Part shown: positions 1 to 13,270 of the stretch, piece by piece
Layout: each line of letters begins with the position of its first letter
How positions within the stretch are numbered: position 1 is the first letter of the stretch
Source: Eledone cirrhosa
Lineage: Eukaryota
Length of the DNA stretch: 64,000 nt
Direction: 5' to 3'
Assembly (NCBI GenBank): GCA_964016885.1
Contig: OZ024740.1
Location: 292,640,001 to 292,704,000, forward strand
Made by a program: the position numbers and the translations under genes
Notes under the pieces: generated by a model
Told to the model about the DNA's origin: nothing
Seen by the model: the letters and a program-made list of their open reading frames with translations, nothing else
The model's database searches: none

Positions 1-194
1 CTATTTTAGCAGTATGGTGACAAATCTGAGAACGTCTTACTAGACCTCATTAGATTAGCAAAATATAGTCTAACTATTACACTATGTAACAAAAATTTTA
101 CTTTGTTTTTGTCTTTGGTCAACAAGTGCTATTTCCTGCTTTCTTCTGCCTAGAAACCACAGGAAAAGACTATTATTCTCCTCTAAACTTTGCT

Positions 195-660
195 TTTGTG
201 GCTTATGAAACAGTTTGTCACAGCTCTAGATAAAGAGTAGGCAGCCTTCAAGTACCTTCGAAACTTCTTCCTTAAGCTGCCTGAGGCAAAAGAGAAACTC
301 GGTGTCTTCGTCGGACCACAAATAAGGAAGATCATGGAGTGCAAGGAATTCCCCAGGAAGCTCAGTAAGACAGGAAGCAGCGTGAAACAGCTTTGTTGCA
401 GTAGTTCGAGTCTTCCTGGGGAATCACAAGGTCGAAAATTATGTGGAGCTTTATTGAGACTCTGGTGAAGAACTTTGGGAAAAGGAGTTGCAGGATGTCC
501 CTCAAAGTACATATCCTTGACGTTCATCTTGATAAATTCAAGGGACATGGGAGCATACTCTGAAGAACAAGGCGACTTTGAACGTCACTATCAGGGGTCA
601 TATAATGAAAACATGATGGAGACTATATATAGGGGCTGATTCATGAAATCAATTTGCAGC
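195..660 (+). mobile_element. Degenerate DNA transposase fragment, Chapaev3 (CMC)-like
   Basis: Broken frames read GLMKQFVTALDKE*AAFKYLRNFF.KL.EAK.KLGVFVGPQIRKI and CRMSLKVHILDVHLDKF...GAYSEEQG; family assignment from recall. Confidence 0.65.
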
Positions 661-945
661 TTAAGGATAAATCTCGAAAATCCACTCATGAATGTTGGTC
701 TTGATATTTAGCCCCATGTTAGTCTAGATCAAGTAGACCAATGACTACAGGCAATCCAGTTAGGACCACCTTATCTTTCTAGGACATAACAATTACATTT
801 TGTAATGGGTTATTTTCTTATTTAAAATGGTAGAATGTGGTTTGAAGGGGACATGGTTATTGTTTCTAGTAAGTTGAATGATTGCAAAGAGATTGGCAAG
901 TAAGCTAATGTATGAATACTTGTATATGCCTCAAATCCTACTTAC

Positions 946-1079
946 CATGTTCACCAGTAATGGAAGTAGCAACAAGTGCCCCAGAAAAATTGGGGTATCT
1001 GTTAATAATTGGAAGTAAAGCTTTTCTAGTTGCTAGTGTTGGACTCAAATGATCTTGCATCAGTTGAACTGCATGGAAG
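946..1079 (-). CDS. AGA: AGA coding exon 7 (final exon presumably lies left of the window)
   Basis: FHAVQLMQDHLSPTLATRKALLPIINRYPNFSGALVATSITGEH(G); CAG acceptor, G|GTAAG donor; 134 nt. Confidence 0.93.
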
Positions 1080-1139
1080 CTGAAAGAACAGAATGGAAAA
1101 AAATTAACATTGTGGCTATACAAAATATATTTACATTTC

Positions 1140-1711
1140 GTGTAGACAAAAAGCACCCAGCCCATGCTGTAAAGTGGTTGTGTAGGAGTCACAACAAAAA
1201 GTACCCAGTCCTCACTGTAAAGTGGTTGTGTAGGTGTCATGACAAAAAGCAATCACCCCACACTGTAAAGTGGTCGTATAATTGCCATGACGAAAAAAAC
1301 TCAGCACACACTGTAAAATGGTCATGTCGGAGTCACAACAAAAAGCACCCATTACACACTGTAGAGTGGTTGTGTAGGAGTCATGACAAAAAGCACCCAG
1401 CCAACACAGTAAAGTGGTTGTGCATGAGTCACGACAAAAAGCACCCTGCCCACACTGTAGAGTGGTTGTGTACGTGTCACGACAAAAAGCACCCAGCCCA
1501 CACTGTAGAGTGGTTGTGTAGGTGTCACGACAAAAAGCACCCAGCACACACTGTAAATGTGATTGGCATTAGAAAAGGCATCTAGCCATAGAAGCCAAGC
1601 CAGAAACAGTTCGGTATGAGCAAGGCACGGTCACCTGACCAACTTGCCTCAAACAGGTCAACCCATCTAACCCATGCTAGCGTGGAAATGGATGTTAAAT
1701 GATGATGATGA
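1140..1711 (+). repeat. About nine diverged 48-bp tandem units leading into a SINE/RTE-type 3' tail ending in (GAT)n
   Basis: Unit approx AAAAAGCACCCAGCCCACACTGTAAAGTGGTTGTGTAGGTGTCACGAC; produces 16-aa periodic spurious ORFs. Confidence 0.85.
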
Positions 1712-1715
1712 TATA

Positions 1716-3007
1716 CAGGGTGCGGACAATATTTGTTCGCAAGATTACTGTCTAAGAAAAAATAACACAGTAGTTTTATTTTTAAAGATATATTTATCAA
1801 ACTTGGGTCAGTTTGTCTTCATGACTTGTTCTTTCGATCTTACTTGATAAATCCACCATTGGCTTTGATGACAGCCTCGGAACTGGCTACAGCCCTTCGT
1901 CACTGTCCCCCGACTTAGGCCCCTAAAGGCACTTCTGATCCTGGCCTTCAGATCGTCTTTCGTATTGCAGCAAGATCTGTTGGTGTCTCATTCCACTGCA
2001 CCCCACACAAAAAGTCGAGGGGGTTGCAGTCAGGCGAGTTGGGAGGCCAGATGTCAGGTGAAGTGTGGTCGACGAAGTTCTCTGACAGCCAAGCTTGGGT
2101 CTTTCGGCTGGTATGGCAGGGCGCTGAGTCTTGCTGCCACACATACGGCCTACCTGCAGCTACCTGGTCGATCCAGGACTTTACTACCTCGCTCAGAACG
2201 TGGATGTAGCCATCTGTGTTCAGCTTGAGGCCCTCAGGGAAAAAGTGAGGTGGCATGACGTCACCTTGACTGCTGACGACACCTAAGACCAATGTTGTCG
2301 CTAGAAACTTTGTCTGCATGACTCTGGGCACGTCTTTGGATGAGACAGCGAGCCACCTGTTGTTCTGGGAGTTGATCTTCTGGTCTTGGCAGAAGTTTTT
2401 CTCGTCAGAGAAAATCCACAGCATGTCTGGCTCCAGTGGGTGTTTCAACTTATAGATCAGCTTCTTTGTGTGCTTCAGTTGCTTTTCTTGCATCGCCTTT
2501 GACAGAAATTGTCCTTTCCTCATCTTGTATGAAACGTAGCGAATGTCTTCATGTAACACCAGCCTAATGAGCTTTTCATCCACACCGTTCTCCCTTGCAA
2601 TGGCACGCATCGACTTACTAGGTTCATTGTTGATGATATCCTGAACTTCAGCGACGAACTCGGGCGTTCTGAAGGCATCAGATCGTCGATCATGTGTTTT
2701 CCTCTCTGATGTTGCTTCGTAGTCGAATCCTGAATCTTCCAATTCCTTTCTGACCTTTTCCACCATTCTCCTGCTGACACTGAGAAAGTCTGAAATGTCC
2801 TTATTTGTCCTCCCGGCGTGGATTCCAAAAAGAACTCCGTGTCTCTTCCCCAAATTTGGAGGTTCAAAATTATTCATAATCAATTATTCTGAAAATAAAT
2901 AATGGAAATATAGTCACTGTTTTTATGAAGACAAGAGTGACAACGGAAGTAAAAAAAATTTGCATAAAATTAGCAGTTGAACATTGCGAAATATCGTCCG
3001 CACCCTG
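1716..3007 (-). mobile_element. Full-length Tc1/mariner-superfamily transposon, DD37D (maT-type), inactivated
   Basis: TIRs CAGGGTGCGGAC...GTCCGCACCCTG, TA on both sides; ORF 2883-1948 with FSDEK, WQQDSAPCH, WPPNSPDCNPLD (37 residues between 2nd and 3rd D); frameshift and stop just after the third D. Confidence 0.93.
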
Positions 3008-3649
3008 TATATGAGTCCCAGGTTCAATTGGGGGTAAACATAGTTAGTAAGGTTAACCAGATTAGTAGAATGTAAACATCAAGTTTAATATAGAAACGGC
3101 TTCTACAGGACTAGAAATCTTTCATTCAAAATAAATCATCAGGAAAGCCTATACTAAACTTGTACATAATATATATATATGTACATTAATCAGCAATATA
3201 CCATACATCTCAATGAATAATATCTCTTAGAATATAATTCAGGCAAGCTTAAAAATACAAATATAGAACTAACTGAAATAAGGTTCAGAATTGACCAAAG
3301 GAAAGATTGCAGTAAAGTTATTTAAAATAAAGAAACCTTTTAAGCGTCTCACCCCAGGGTAAACTTCTTGTCAAGTGACCTAAATCTAGAGGGATTAACA
3401 AATCTTTCTCCTTACTACAGTTTCACAAGCTAAAATAACAGAATTTGCCATCTCAATCAATTAAGATAGTTATTTCTGTCAGAATCTGCTTGACCATCAG
3501 AGAGGATTTCTATTTGATAATAAGAGAGATAAGATATATTTACCAGTTGCCACTTTCTTTATCTTAAAGTTCTTTACTGCAAACTTCCCTTTGGTCAATT
3601 CTGAACATTATTTTAGATGGTTCTATATTTATATATATATACATATATA

Positions 3650-3714
3650 CAGGATGTCCCCAAAAATGTATACACACTTCAATAGCATTCTAATAAATAT
3701 GTTTTTGGGACACC

Positions 3715-3717
<3 letters not shown>
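3650..3717. mobile_element. Tiny Tc1-like MITE
   Basis: Imperfect TIRs CAGGATGTCCCCAAAAATGTAT / ATATGTTTTTGGGACACCCTT within a TA tract. Confidence 0.5.
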
Positions 3718-3750
<33 letters not shown>

Positions 3751-3814
3751 GTAGAGATAGATAAATAGACACAGAGAAAGCTATAAAAAAGGTATATAAT
3801 GTTACTTTACTGAC

Positions 3815-3922
3815 CTTGGTAGAAATCTCATCATAACATCCCCATCCCCAGTAGCTACAGCTCCACCAATTACGCTGTCTACATAGGCACCAGCACCAAC
3901 AATAGGAGAATCACCAACTCTC
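3815..3922 (-). CDS. AGA: AGA coding exon 6
   Basis: [35 protein letters not shown](S); CAG acceptor, AG|GTCAGT donor; 108 nt. Confidence 0.96.
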
Positions 3923-5016
3923 CTGAAAATAAAAAAATTATTTTTGGAATTATTCTCAAAATATTAATTTCTTTAATATGGGAAACTCAAAGCCTATATA
4001 TTTTTTTCTATGTGAGAAGTGTAGTCCATATATCATCATCATCATCACCACCATCATCATTGGTTTTATATTGATTTTTCCATACTGGCATGAGTTAGAC
4101 AGGAATTTTTAAGGCAATGTTTTACAGATGGATGCTTTTCTTGATACCACCCCCTTTTAGTCACTTCTTTTGACATGTAGGGATACAGTGTATCTATGCT
4201 AAACCAGATACACATGGTTACTTAATGCACATGATTACTTATAACAAGCAGAAATTAAGTGTACATATTCTAAATCAGATACACACAGTTAGTTATGATA
4301 CAGGGATTTGATGTATCTATTCTAACATACATATCAAGTATTTCTTTAGGTACTCTGGAAAGATGTTAAGCAATGATGATCTCACTAGATTTAGAACTCA
4401 GAACATAGAGGAATGATAGAGGTGTATATGAAAGTTTATATTGTATGGTGTCATAAACATATATAAGTCTTGCTATGAATGTTTTAACCCTTTACCATTT
4501 ACCGCCGAGGTTAACTTTGCCTTTCATCCTTGCGGGGTCGATAAAATAAAGCACCAGCAATACACAGGGATAATTGCTGGCCTTGTGCCACAAGTAGAAA
4601 CAATTATTCTATATTTATTATTATATTTTCATGGTAAAGGCTTTACCTCACATAATTATTTCACATAATATTGAATCTATGATTTTGATATTATTTATAT
4701 GGAGAACAATACTTTAACATCAGCGTGAGTGGCCGGTTACAGCCAGTTTGAACAGAAAGAGGCGAGAGAAATCTGGCCGGATATGGCTGGTTTAAATGCT
4801 AAAAGCTGTGATCATGTCCCCAACCATGTCAAACATGCACTATATACAAATGAACAGATGTTTTATATGCAAAAAGTTAAGCTATAGCTTATTCTTTTCT
4901 CAATACCAGTGTCACTGATGATGGATAAAAAATATCCTGAAATGCAAGTGTCTGTTGTTCTCACATAGCTGTGACATTATCACAGCTTAAATCAATCATA
5001 GGGACACATATATGTT

Positions 5017-6142
5017 TATAATAATAATAATAATGAAATTATTGTGTACAGTGCTCAGGTGCACTACAACTCATCAAAGGTGCATGTATAGTACATAGAA
5101 TAATGTACAAATGTCAGGAAAATGAACAGTGTATGAGTCATGATATAATAATAATAATAATAATGAAATATTGTGTACAGAGCCCAGGTGCACCACAACT
5201 CATCAAAAAGTGCATGTACAGTACATAGGGCAATGCACAAACATCAGTAAAATGAACAGTGCACGAGTCATGATACACACATGTGTGCATGTGTATGGAA
5301 GGGGTACATCAGGTGTAGTTTTGGCGTATTTCGGGAAGCATGAGTGTCTTAAAGGATGCAGTGTCTCGGCAGCTAACAACTGACGCAGGTAGTTTGTTCC
5401 ATGCTTCAGCAACTCTGAGCGTGAAAAAATGTCTACGAAAGTCATGGGAGCTGTGCTGTTTTCTGACTTTGTAGGCATGTCCACGTGTGTTAGACACATG
5501 GAGATCAAAAAGGTGCTCAGGGATGCAATTGGCGAGATGGTTAATAACTTTGTGGGTATTCACCAAGTCCATTGCCAGACGTCGGAGCTTCAATGAATCC
5601 ATGCCCAGGGAAGTAAGGCGTTCAGAGTATGGTAGGTGTCTGATGGAGGGTATGCGCTTGGTTGCACGTCTCTGAACAGTTTCCAGGAGGTCAATGTTCT
5701 GAGCAAGATAGGGGTTCCAGACTGATGATGCGAATTCCAAGTGTGGTCGTACCATAGCTGTATACAGTTTTAAATAGATGGCTGGAGAGCGGCTAACAAA
5801 GGTCTTGCTGAGTGATGCCAAGACACCCTCAGCCTTCTTGACAATTTTAGAGATGTGCTTTGTCCAACGCAAATCGCTGCTGACAGTAATGCCCAGGTCA
5901 CGTTCACAAGAGGACTTCTTGATATCAGTGTTGTGGAGAGAGTATGTGGACGCTGGATTTTTCCTTCCAAAATGCATGGTGGTACACTTGTCCACAGCCA
6001 GCTTCAGTTGCCAGTCTGTGATCCATTGCTGCATTGTGTCCAGGTCTGATTGTAGGAAAGAGTTGTAAATTTCAGGATCAGTCCTTTTGATTTCAAGGTA
6101 CAGCTTGATGTCATCTGCATATTTCAGTAGTTTATTACCCAT
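5017..6142 (-). mobile_element. 5'-truncated CR1-clade LINE (RT C-terminal half, 3' UTR, (ATT)n tail)
   Basis: ORF 6142-5309 with YADD, LYTAMVRPHLEFASSVWNP, LETVQRRATK, RRHFFTLRVAEAWNKLP. Confidence 0.9.
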
Positions 6143-7471
6143 AAATATACCGTATATGATTTCATATACACCTTTATTATGAATTACGCTATGTTAGTGC
6201 TACAGCTAATAGAGAGGTGAACCTAAGTACTCTAAGACATTTTATACTGTGATGATATAGACATGCCCTTCGGCTCCCACCAGATCATTCTAAGGGGGCT
6301 TTACCCTCATTCAATGCAGCAGCTACATTCTGGAAGGGGTCACCAGCAGGCACTGCACCATATGGCTGGATGTCATCAAGGAAGATCTCCAGAAGCTTGA
6401 TGTCACCTTGGAGGATGCAGAGGGGCTGGCACAAGATCAGCAGCAATGGAGGATACTGGTGGACCTGGTCAGCACCACACACGATCATGCTTCTGAGATC
6501 ACTGGCCTAAGATAACCCCAGTCTCATCAAGCAAAAAGAAGAAAGCATTGATATGACCAATTTAATTACATCTATTGAACTACAAGCCAGGATGAGAAAC
6601 ATTTTTGTCCCTTTTCCTATTAAAGCCCTTCCATATTGTTCATATGTTCTAACTTTATATTGATGACTTTCTCTATGAAATATAAGGAGCTCAGTTATCT
6701 CTTTCTCCCTTCTTTTTTTCCCTTTTTTATACTAACCCCTCCTTTTCACAGCTGCATGGAATTGTCATTGTTCTCCTGTATAGTTAGTAAGTACTTTGGG
6801 TTGAGTTTTAAAGCCTGGAGTTGTCTCCAATAGGTGTCAAAAGAATTGAGATATTTTTTATTAATATTGTTAACAATTATTAGTAATCTCAGGTTTCGAA
6901 TAATCCCCCTGCTTACTAAATTTTGCTAATCTATCTCTGACGAAATGTTATTGTAAGTGGTGGCATTCCTGCGACAGTTTTCTTTAGACATTAAAAATCA
7001 TTATACATGCCAAAAAAAAAAAATAAAGAACATTATGAAAAAATCCCATACGTTATATAATACGATGGGTTAGGGTCTCAATATGTAAACTAAATGACTA
7101 ATTCTAGTCTAAAAAAAAAACGTCAAGGGAGACAACCTAAACAAATTATCGATTTTCCAGCAACACCACTTATTCTAACCCCCTCCCAGAGGTTAATTTT
7201 GCCTTTCATCCTTACGGGGTCGATAAAATAAAGCACCAGTAATGAACTGAGATAATTGCTGACCTTGTGCCAAAACTAGAAACAATTATTTGGTGTCCAA
7301 GAGTAATTGGCTAATATTGCTTGTTCTCACATCATATGTACTTTTGGTTAAATATGTTAGCACTAAATATTGTTTAGTAAATAACAGGAAACAGAAGCAA
7401 GACAGGATCAAAGTTATATAACATGATCAGCTACAAAATAATTAATAAGTCCAAAATCAACGATTACAAAC

Positions 7472-7671
7472 CCAGGAATTTTGTGATTCATTCCATTTGT
7501 TGTTGTACCCCCAGCAATATTACCATGAACATCGACAACAATCATACCAATAGTGTCATGGTTATTTTCAGAGACATGTTGTGAACTTTGTCGGTCATGA
7601 AATCTGTAGAGAGCATCACGATTGGCTGGTTTGTAAGGTCCACAGTGTTTGTGGGGATCTGGCTCAACATC
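7472..7671 (-). CDS. AGA: AGA coding exon 5 (autoproteolysis site HD/TIG with catalytic Thr)
   Basis: DVEPDPHKHCGPYKP...NNHDTIGMIVVDVHGNIAGGTTTNGMNHKIPG; TAG acceptor, GG|GTTTGT donor; 200 nt. Confidence 0.96.
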
Positions 7672-8194
7672 CTATTAGAAAAAACATAACAGTAATTTAT
7701 AACTATTGCAATAGAATATCATACGCATTACAAGAACTTAGACTTATCAAAAGAAATTAATATTCTTATCATAAACACTCCAGACTGAAAACTAACAGAG
7801 CATTTCAAAGTCAAAGAAGGGGAGTTCTGTATAAGACTGGAGGAGGAATGGTGCGTGAGGTTAGCAACACTACCTCCATAAATTAAAATTGCCACAGAAA
7901 CAATGATCAGCTCTATTGGTAAGAGTACCATAGGAAACAAAAAGAAAGTAGAAGTTACATCTTAGGGTGTAGGTGGTGGTATGGCTATGGAGTTAAGAAG
8001 TTTGCTTTCCAACCATGGAGTTCTGGGTTCAGTCTCACTTATTTAGGTCTAGAAAGAACAGCAAGATTGACACTGTTAATGCTCTGCTGAAATTGCTGCA
8101 GGTTGAGAACTACAGAAAAAAACATGTGCAGAGAGTGAAGAATTTGCTGAGTAACATAAGAAGTAGGTCTTCAGTAGATATCATCATCATCATA

Positions 8195-8880
8195 ATCATT
8201 GTTTAACGTCCATTTTTCCACACTAGCCCGTGTTAGACGAGTTGTCCCATTGTGAGACAAGTCAGATCAGATGACCATGTCTTTCTCATACAGAACTGGT
8301 TCTGGTTTGGTTTCTTTAGCTTGACGCCCTTCCTAACACCAACCACTTTACAATGTGTACTGGGTGTTTTTTATTGTGGCAGCTACATGACCACTTTACA
8401 GTGCGGGCTAGGTGTTTTTTGTAGTGGCAGCTACATGACCACTTTACAGTGCGGGCTAGGTGTTTTTTGTAGTGGCAGCTACATGACCACTTTACAGTGC
8501 GGGCTAGGTGTTTTTTGTAGTGGCAGCTACATGACCACATTACAGTGCGGGCTAGGTGTTTTTTGTAGTGGCAGCTACATGACCACTTTACAGTGCGGGC
8601 TAGGTGTTTTTTGTAGTGGCAGCTACATGACCACTTTACAGTGCGGGCTAGGTGTTTTTTGTAGTGGCAGCTACATGACCACTTTACAGTGCGGGCTAGG
8701 TGTTTTTTGTAGTGGCAGCTACATGACCACTTTACAGTGCGGGCTAGGTGTTTTTTGTAGTGGCAGCTACATGACCACTTTACAGTGCGGGCTAGGTGTT
8801 TTTTGTAGTGGCAGCTACATGACCACTTTACAGTGCGGGCTAGGTGTTTTTTGCCATGACGCCTATACGACCACTTTACA
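8195..8880 (-). repeat. About 11 copies of a 48-bp unit (central copies nearly identical) attached to a SINE/RTE-type tail
   Basis: Unit GTGCGGGCTAGGTGTTTTTTGTAGTGGCAGCTACATGACCACTTTACA, 8340-8880. Confidence 0.92.
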
Positions 8881-10059
8881 AAAGCTATGCAGATTGTCAT
8901 TAAGGAAGGATTTTGAGAATTTAGAGAGTGATTCTCATGTTGCATAAACATTTATCACTATAAAATTTGTAGGCATTGCACACATATTTATTATTTTTTA
9001 ATTTATTTACCCATCTTAAAACTTATTAGCCCAGTTAGTAACATATTACACATTTGGCTATGCTAGCATGGAAGAACGGACGTAAAACGGTGATGATGAT
9101 GATGATGATGATGATGATACATATTAGTATTGGTGCTCTGAAATAGCGATGCATACATGAACGTATGTATAGTATATTTGGCAATATACCGTATGTTTAA
9201 TTAAAAACATTTAGAAGACCATACACTATTAGTTTTAAAGTAGTGACTATGTCACTTATTTTCGGTGAAAACAAAGGGAGAGTGATTGACAATCTGTTTC
9301 TCGCTGGTTGGCATTTATCAAAACCACAAACTCGCCAAAATTATAGAAATTGGATTCTTATTCTTACTGGAATTCTATAAGCATCCAAATTCTATAATAA
9401 GGTGGGGTTATTCGCAGTTCCCAGAGTGCACCTGAAAATGCTAGGAACCCTGGGTGCCCATACTGCATTTTCAATAGCAATCTTTAGGCTAGGTGTGTTT
9501 ATGGCAGATCAATTTTTTTGTGTGGAACTATCAATAGCTGTTTAAGTCATAAGTCCTTCTTCCATCCAGCTTTCTTCATTCAGAGTGAATAAGCCAGGGA
9601 AGTTTGAGCTCGAAGAGTATCGAACTTATTCAACAAACTTATGTATAAGAATAGCAAACTTACTGCCTTAGCACTCAAGAACAAACACAGAACAATTGAG
9701 GAAGTCATCGCAATTATTGAAGAAATTACAACTGAGTGAACATATTCAGGTACTGTTCAAGCACCCTGTATATCACCGTTTGTAAAGCCCTTGAATGACT
9801 GAAGCAATTCAATAAAACCATCTCGTTTTTCCTCCTATAGTAGACATCACCTGAGAAAACACACCATAATAAGTCGGATAAACAATCAGAAGTGTTGGCC
9901 CTAAAGAGGGCTTTGTAGTGTTCACTGTTGCAACGTATCAGTAATGGGGGAGAAGTTACATCTTCTTAATTTGTGTTAATCTTCCCACGATCCGACACCT
10001 CGGAATATCGACAAAATAAACTCTACTCTCAAAGATGTTACAATAAACATGCCGGGAGT

Positions 10060-13000
10060 ACGACCTCATTTGTTTTGGACTGGATGTTGTGGTACCACCA
10101 TAACTTTACAGAGAAAGGGGTGGTGTAGATGGGGGTGGGGGTAGGGGAAGTGGGATGGGGTTGTATTTTGGTTAAGAGGTGCCTCCTGACTGTAGGTTTC
10201 ACTTTGTACTTTGGCAAAGCGGGTCTTCTGTATTACTGCGTAGGGCCAAAGATCTCGGTCCAGTGACATTGTCTTGGAGAGGTGTAAGTGTGTAAGGTTG
10301 GAATTTATCAAATCGTCCCAGGTTTTTCTGGGTCTACCTACTCCGTAGCTTCCATCTATTTTGATCGGCCTGCACTTTTTTTTACAGCTGTTGTCTTTCA
10401 TGCGCATCACATGACCATACCAACGTAGTCTGCCCTCGAGTAAACAGCATCTGATCCCTCTTATTCCTAATTTCTCATTTAGTTCATGTATATTACTATT
10501 ACACATCCAATGGAGCATGCAAGCTTCGTTCCTCTCCAGTTTGCGCAGATCCTCTGCACACAAAGCCCATGTCTCACTGCCATGTAGCATTGCTGTTCGT
10601 ATGCAGGCATCATACAGTCTGCTTTCATTTTTAGAGAGAAACCCTTAGCGGCCAATAGTGGTATAAGCTCTCTGAACTGTTTCCATCCCGTTCTGACTCT
10701 GGCTACTGTACTTTCAGAGCACCCTCCACCACTGCTGATTTTGTCACCCAGGTAACGGAAGGTGTCCACTATTTCTATAGAACCATCTGGGCAATGGAAG
10801 GAGCTAGTATCCTGTGGGCACTTGCTACTACTTATTGCACCTGAGCACCGGCCACATATAAAATCTATGTTCTTAGTTAGCTTACCTGTGATCCCACTAC
10901 ATCTTTTATGCACTCATACTTTGCATTTGGGACATAAAATGGAGTTTCTGCCTACTCCATTCCTACACACTGAGCAAGGCCATTTCCAAGACGGGACCAG
11001 TGCCTTATTTTCCTTCCTACATACTAGAACTTTAGTCTTAGACAGGTTAATTTTAAGGCCTTTTGATTCTAGGCCATGCTTCCATGTTTGGAATTTCTTC
11101 TCTACTTCAGCCATTGATTCAGCTATGAGCATTAGATCATCTGCGTATAGAAGTTCCCATGGCCAGCCGGTCTTGAACTCCTCTGTTATAGCCTGAAGGA
11201 CAATAATAAATAGGGGGGGGGGGGGGGGGGGCTAAGGATGAACACCAACTTTAATGCTAAATTCTTCACTATATTCGTTGTTAATTCTAACCTTGCTGAC
11301 TGTTTCTTTATACATGGCTTGTATAGCTCTCACAAGCCATTCATCAACACCTAGTTTTCTAAGAGCCCACCAGATAATGGAGCAGGGGAGTCTGTCAAAG
11401 GCTTTCTCCAAGTCAAGAAAAGCTAAGTATAGGGGCTTACTTTTAGCTAGGTACTTCTCCTGTAGTTGTCGTACAAGGAAAAGAGCGTCTGTGGTACTTT
11501 TACCTGACACAAACCCAAACTGCATTTCATCTAGATCAATTCGCTCTCTGATTAGTTGCGCTATAACTTTCTGTGACCTTCATGACCTGGTCAAGTCAAT
11601 TAAATTAATGCCTCTATAGTTTCCCCTATCTAGGGCATTTCCTTTACCCTTGTAGCAGTTAATGATGATGCTGCTACGCCAGTCATTTGGTATGACTCCA
11701 TTCTGTATGACTTGGTTTACTATCCAGGTGACCATAGTGTGTCCCACCGATCCAGATGCTTTCAGTATTTCAGCAACTATTTCCGAAGGCCCAGCTGCTT
11801 TGCCTGTCTTCATATCTTTGATAGCCTTACCTATTATACTACCTTCAACTTGCACTGCTGGTCTCTCTATTGGATCGATTTGGGGCAGACTATCTTTTTC
11901 TCACTTATTCTCCTCATTTAGTAGTCTCTCGTAGTGACACTTCCAAGCTACCTTCTTATCAGCGTCAGTGATGGCAAGTACACCATCATCATTATGGACA
12001 CACTTCTCCCTGGCAATATCACAGTTTTCCTTCACACATTGCCTAGCAATCCTGAACACTTCACGTTTTTGGTCCTCACGTTGTAGAACATGCTTGAACT
12101 TTCTTTCCTCTGCTTCCCTTCTTGCAAGGTACACTTGTCTCCTAGCTTCCCTCCTGGCCACTTAATAGTGTTCTCTACTTCCCCCATCCCGCCATACTTT
12201 CCAAGCTTGCTTTTTAGTCTTGATTGACTCCTTCACCTTACTGTTCCTGCCTATAGGTCTGCTCCAGCCACAGATTTCATCTGTCGCCTTCAGCAGGTTA
12301 ACTTTCAGGAATTCTCACTGTTCCTCTATACTGTACGTCTCTAATTGCTCTTCCTTACTGTCAAAAGGATCAAGTAATATGCTTTTAAATTTGTTACTGA
12401 CTGTGGGGTCCTTTAACTTCCATATTCTTCTTCTCAGGGTAATCCTCCTCTGTTGTCGAGTATGTCTCGTCCTGACTATGAGGTCACTAACTATGAGGCT
12501 ATGTTGGGAGGTGCATTCTTCGTGGGGGAGGGATTTAGTGTTTACAACAGACACTTTGTCATGTCTTCTGGTAAGGATATAATCTATCTGACTGGCGTGT
12601 TCCCCTGATCTATAGGTGATCAAGTGATTGTCTCGTTTTTTGAGGTTATTAGCGTCACAGAATTCCAGGATTCTGAAGCCTTCCTCATTTCTGGTACCAA
12701 ACCCATAGCCTCCATGGATTCCATCATAGCTGTCACAATGTTGTCCAACATGACCATTTAGGTTGCCAGCAATAATTATGTAGTCACTGTTGGTTAGTTG
12801 GGAGGTAATGAGCATTAGTGACTCATAGAATCTGTCTTTTATAACACCAGGCAGTCCAGATTGGGGTGCGTAAGCGGATATTATTGTCACAGTAGTTCTA
12901 TTTAGGACAAGTCTTATTTTGATTATTCTGTTGTTCACTCTATTTACGTCAATTACCTTATCTACCCATTTTTCTGCTAACATAATTCCTACTCCACCCA

Positions 13001-13270
13001 GCCCATTTTCATTTCCCACCCAGAAAAGTTTATAGCATCGTTTTTTACCCACAATGAATCTAGCAGACCCACACCTCCACCTAGTCTCTTGAACACAGCA
13101 AACATCAACTTCCTTACGTTCAAGCATCTCTACAACCTCATTTGAGCGACCTTTTAAAGTGCCTACATTCATGGTACCAACTCTGAAGTTTTGGATTTCG
13201 TTTGGTGGGTGGAAGGGATGGGTTGGAGGTGTAGGGAGGGGTGAGGGAGATGGGGTTATGTTTGCCATCC
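10060..13270 (-). mobile_element. Near full-length RTE-clade LINE (APE endonuclease + RT + PHD-like finger), frameshifted
   Basis: RVGTMNVGTLKG, CVQETRW, SAYAPQ, SQIDYIL (APE); MQFGFVSGKSTTDA, DLEKAFD, YADD (RT); several stops and frameshifts, poly-G expansion near 11213-11231. Confidence 0.93.

Noticed and set aside
1-945. Search for the terminal AGA exon (expected to start G-A-A-C)
   Set aside because: No matching frame with an acceptor found; the region is mostly transposase relic, so the exon is probably outside the window.
1049-1585. 178-aa His/Lys/Trp repeat ORF
   Set aside because: Antisense overlap of AGA exon 7 plus the 48-bp repeat array.
8252-8951. 231-aa and 211-aa Cys-rich repeat ORFs
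   Set aside because: By-products of a 48-bp (in-frame) tandem repeat within a retroposon tail; open on both strands; no splice or gene context.
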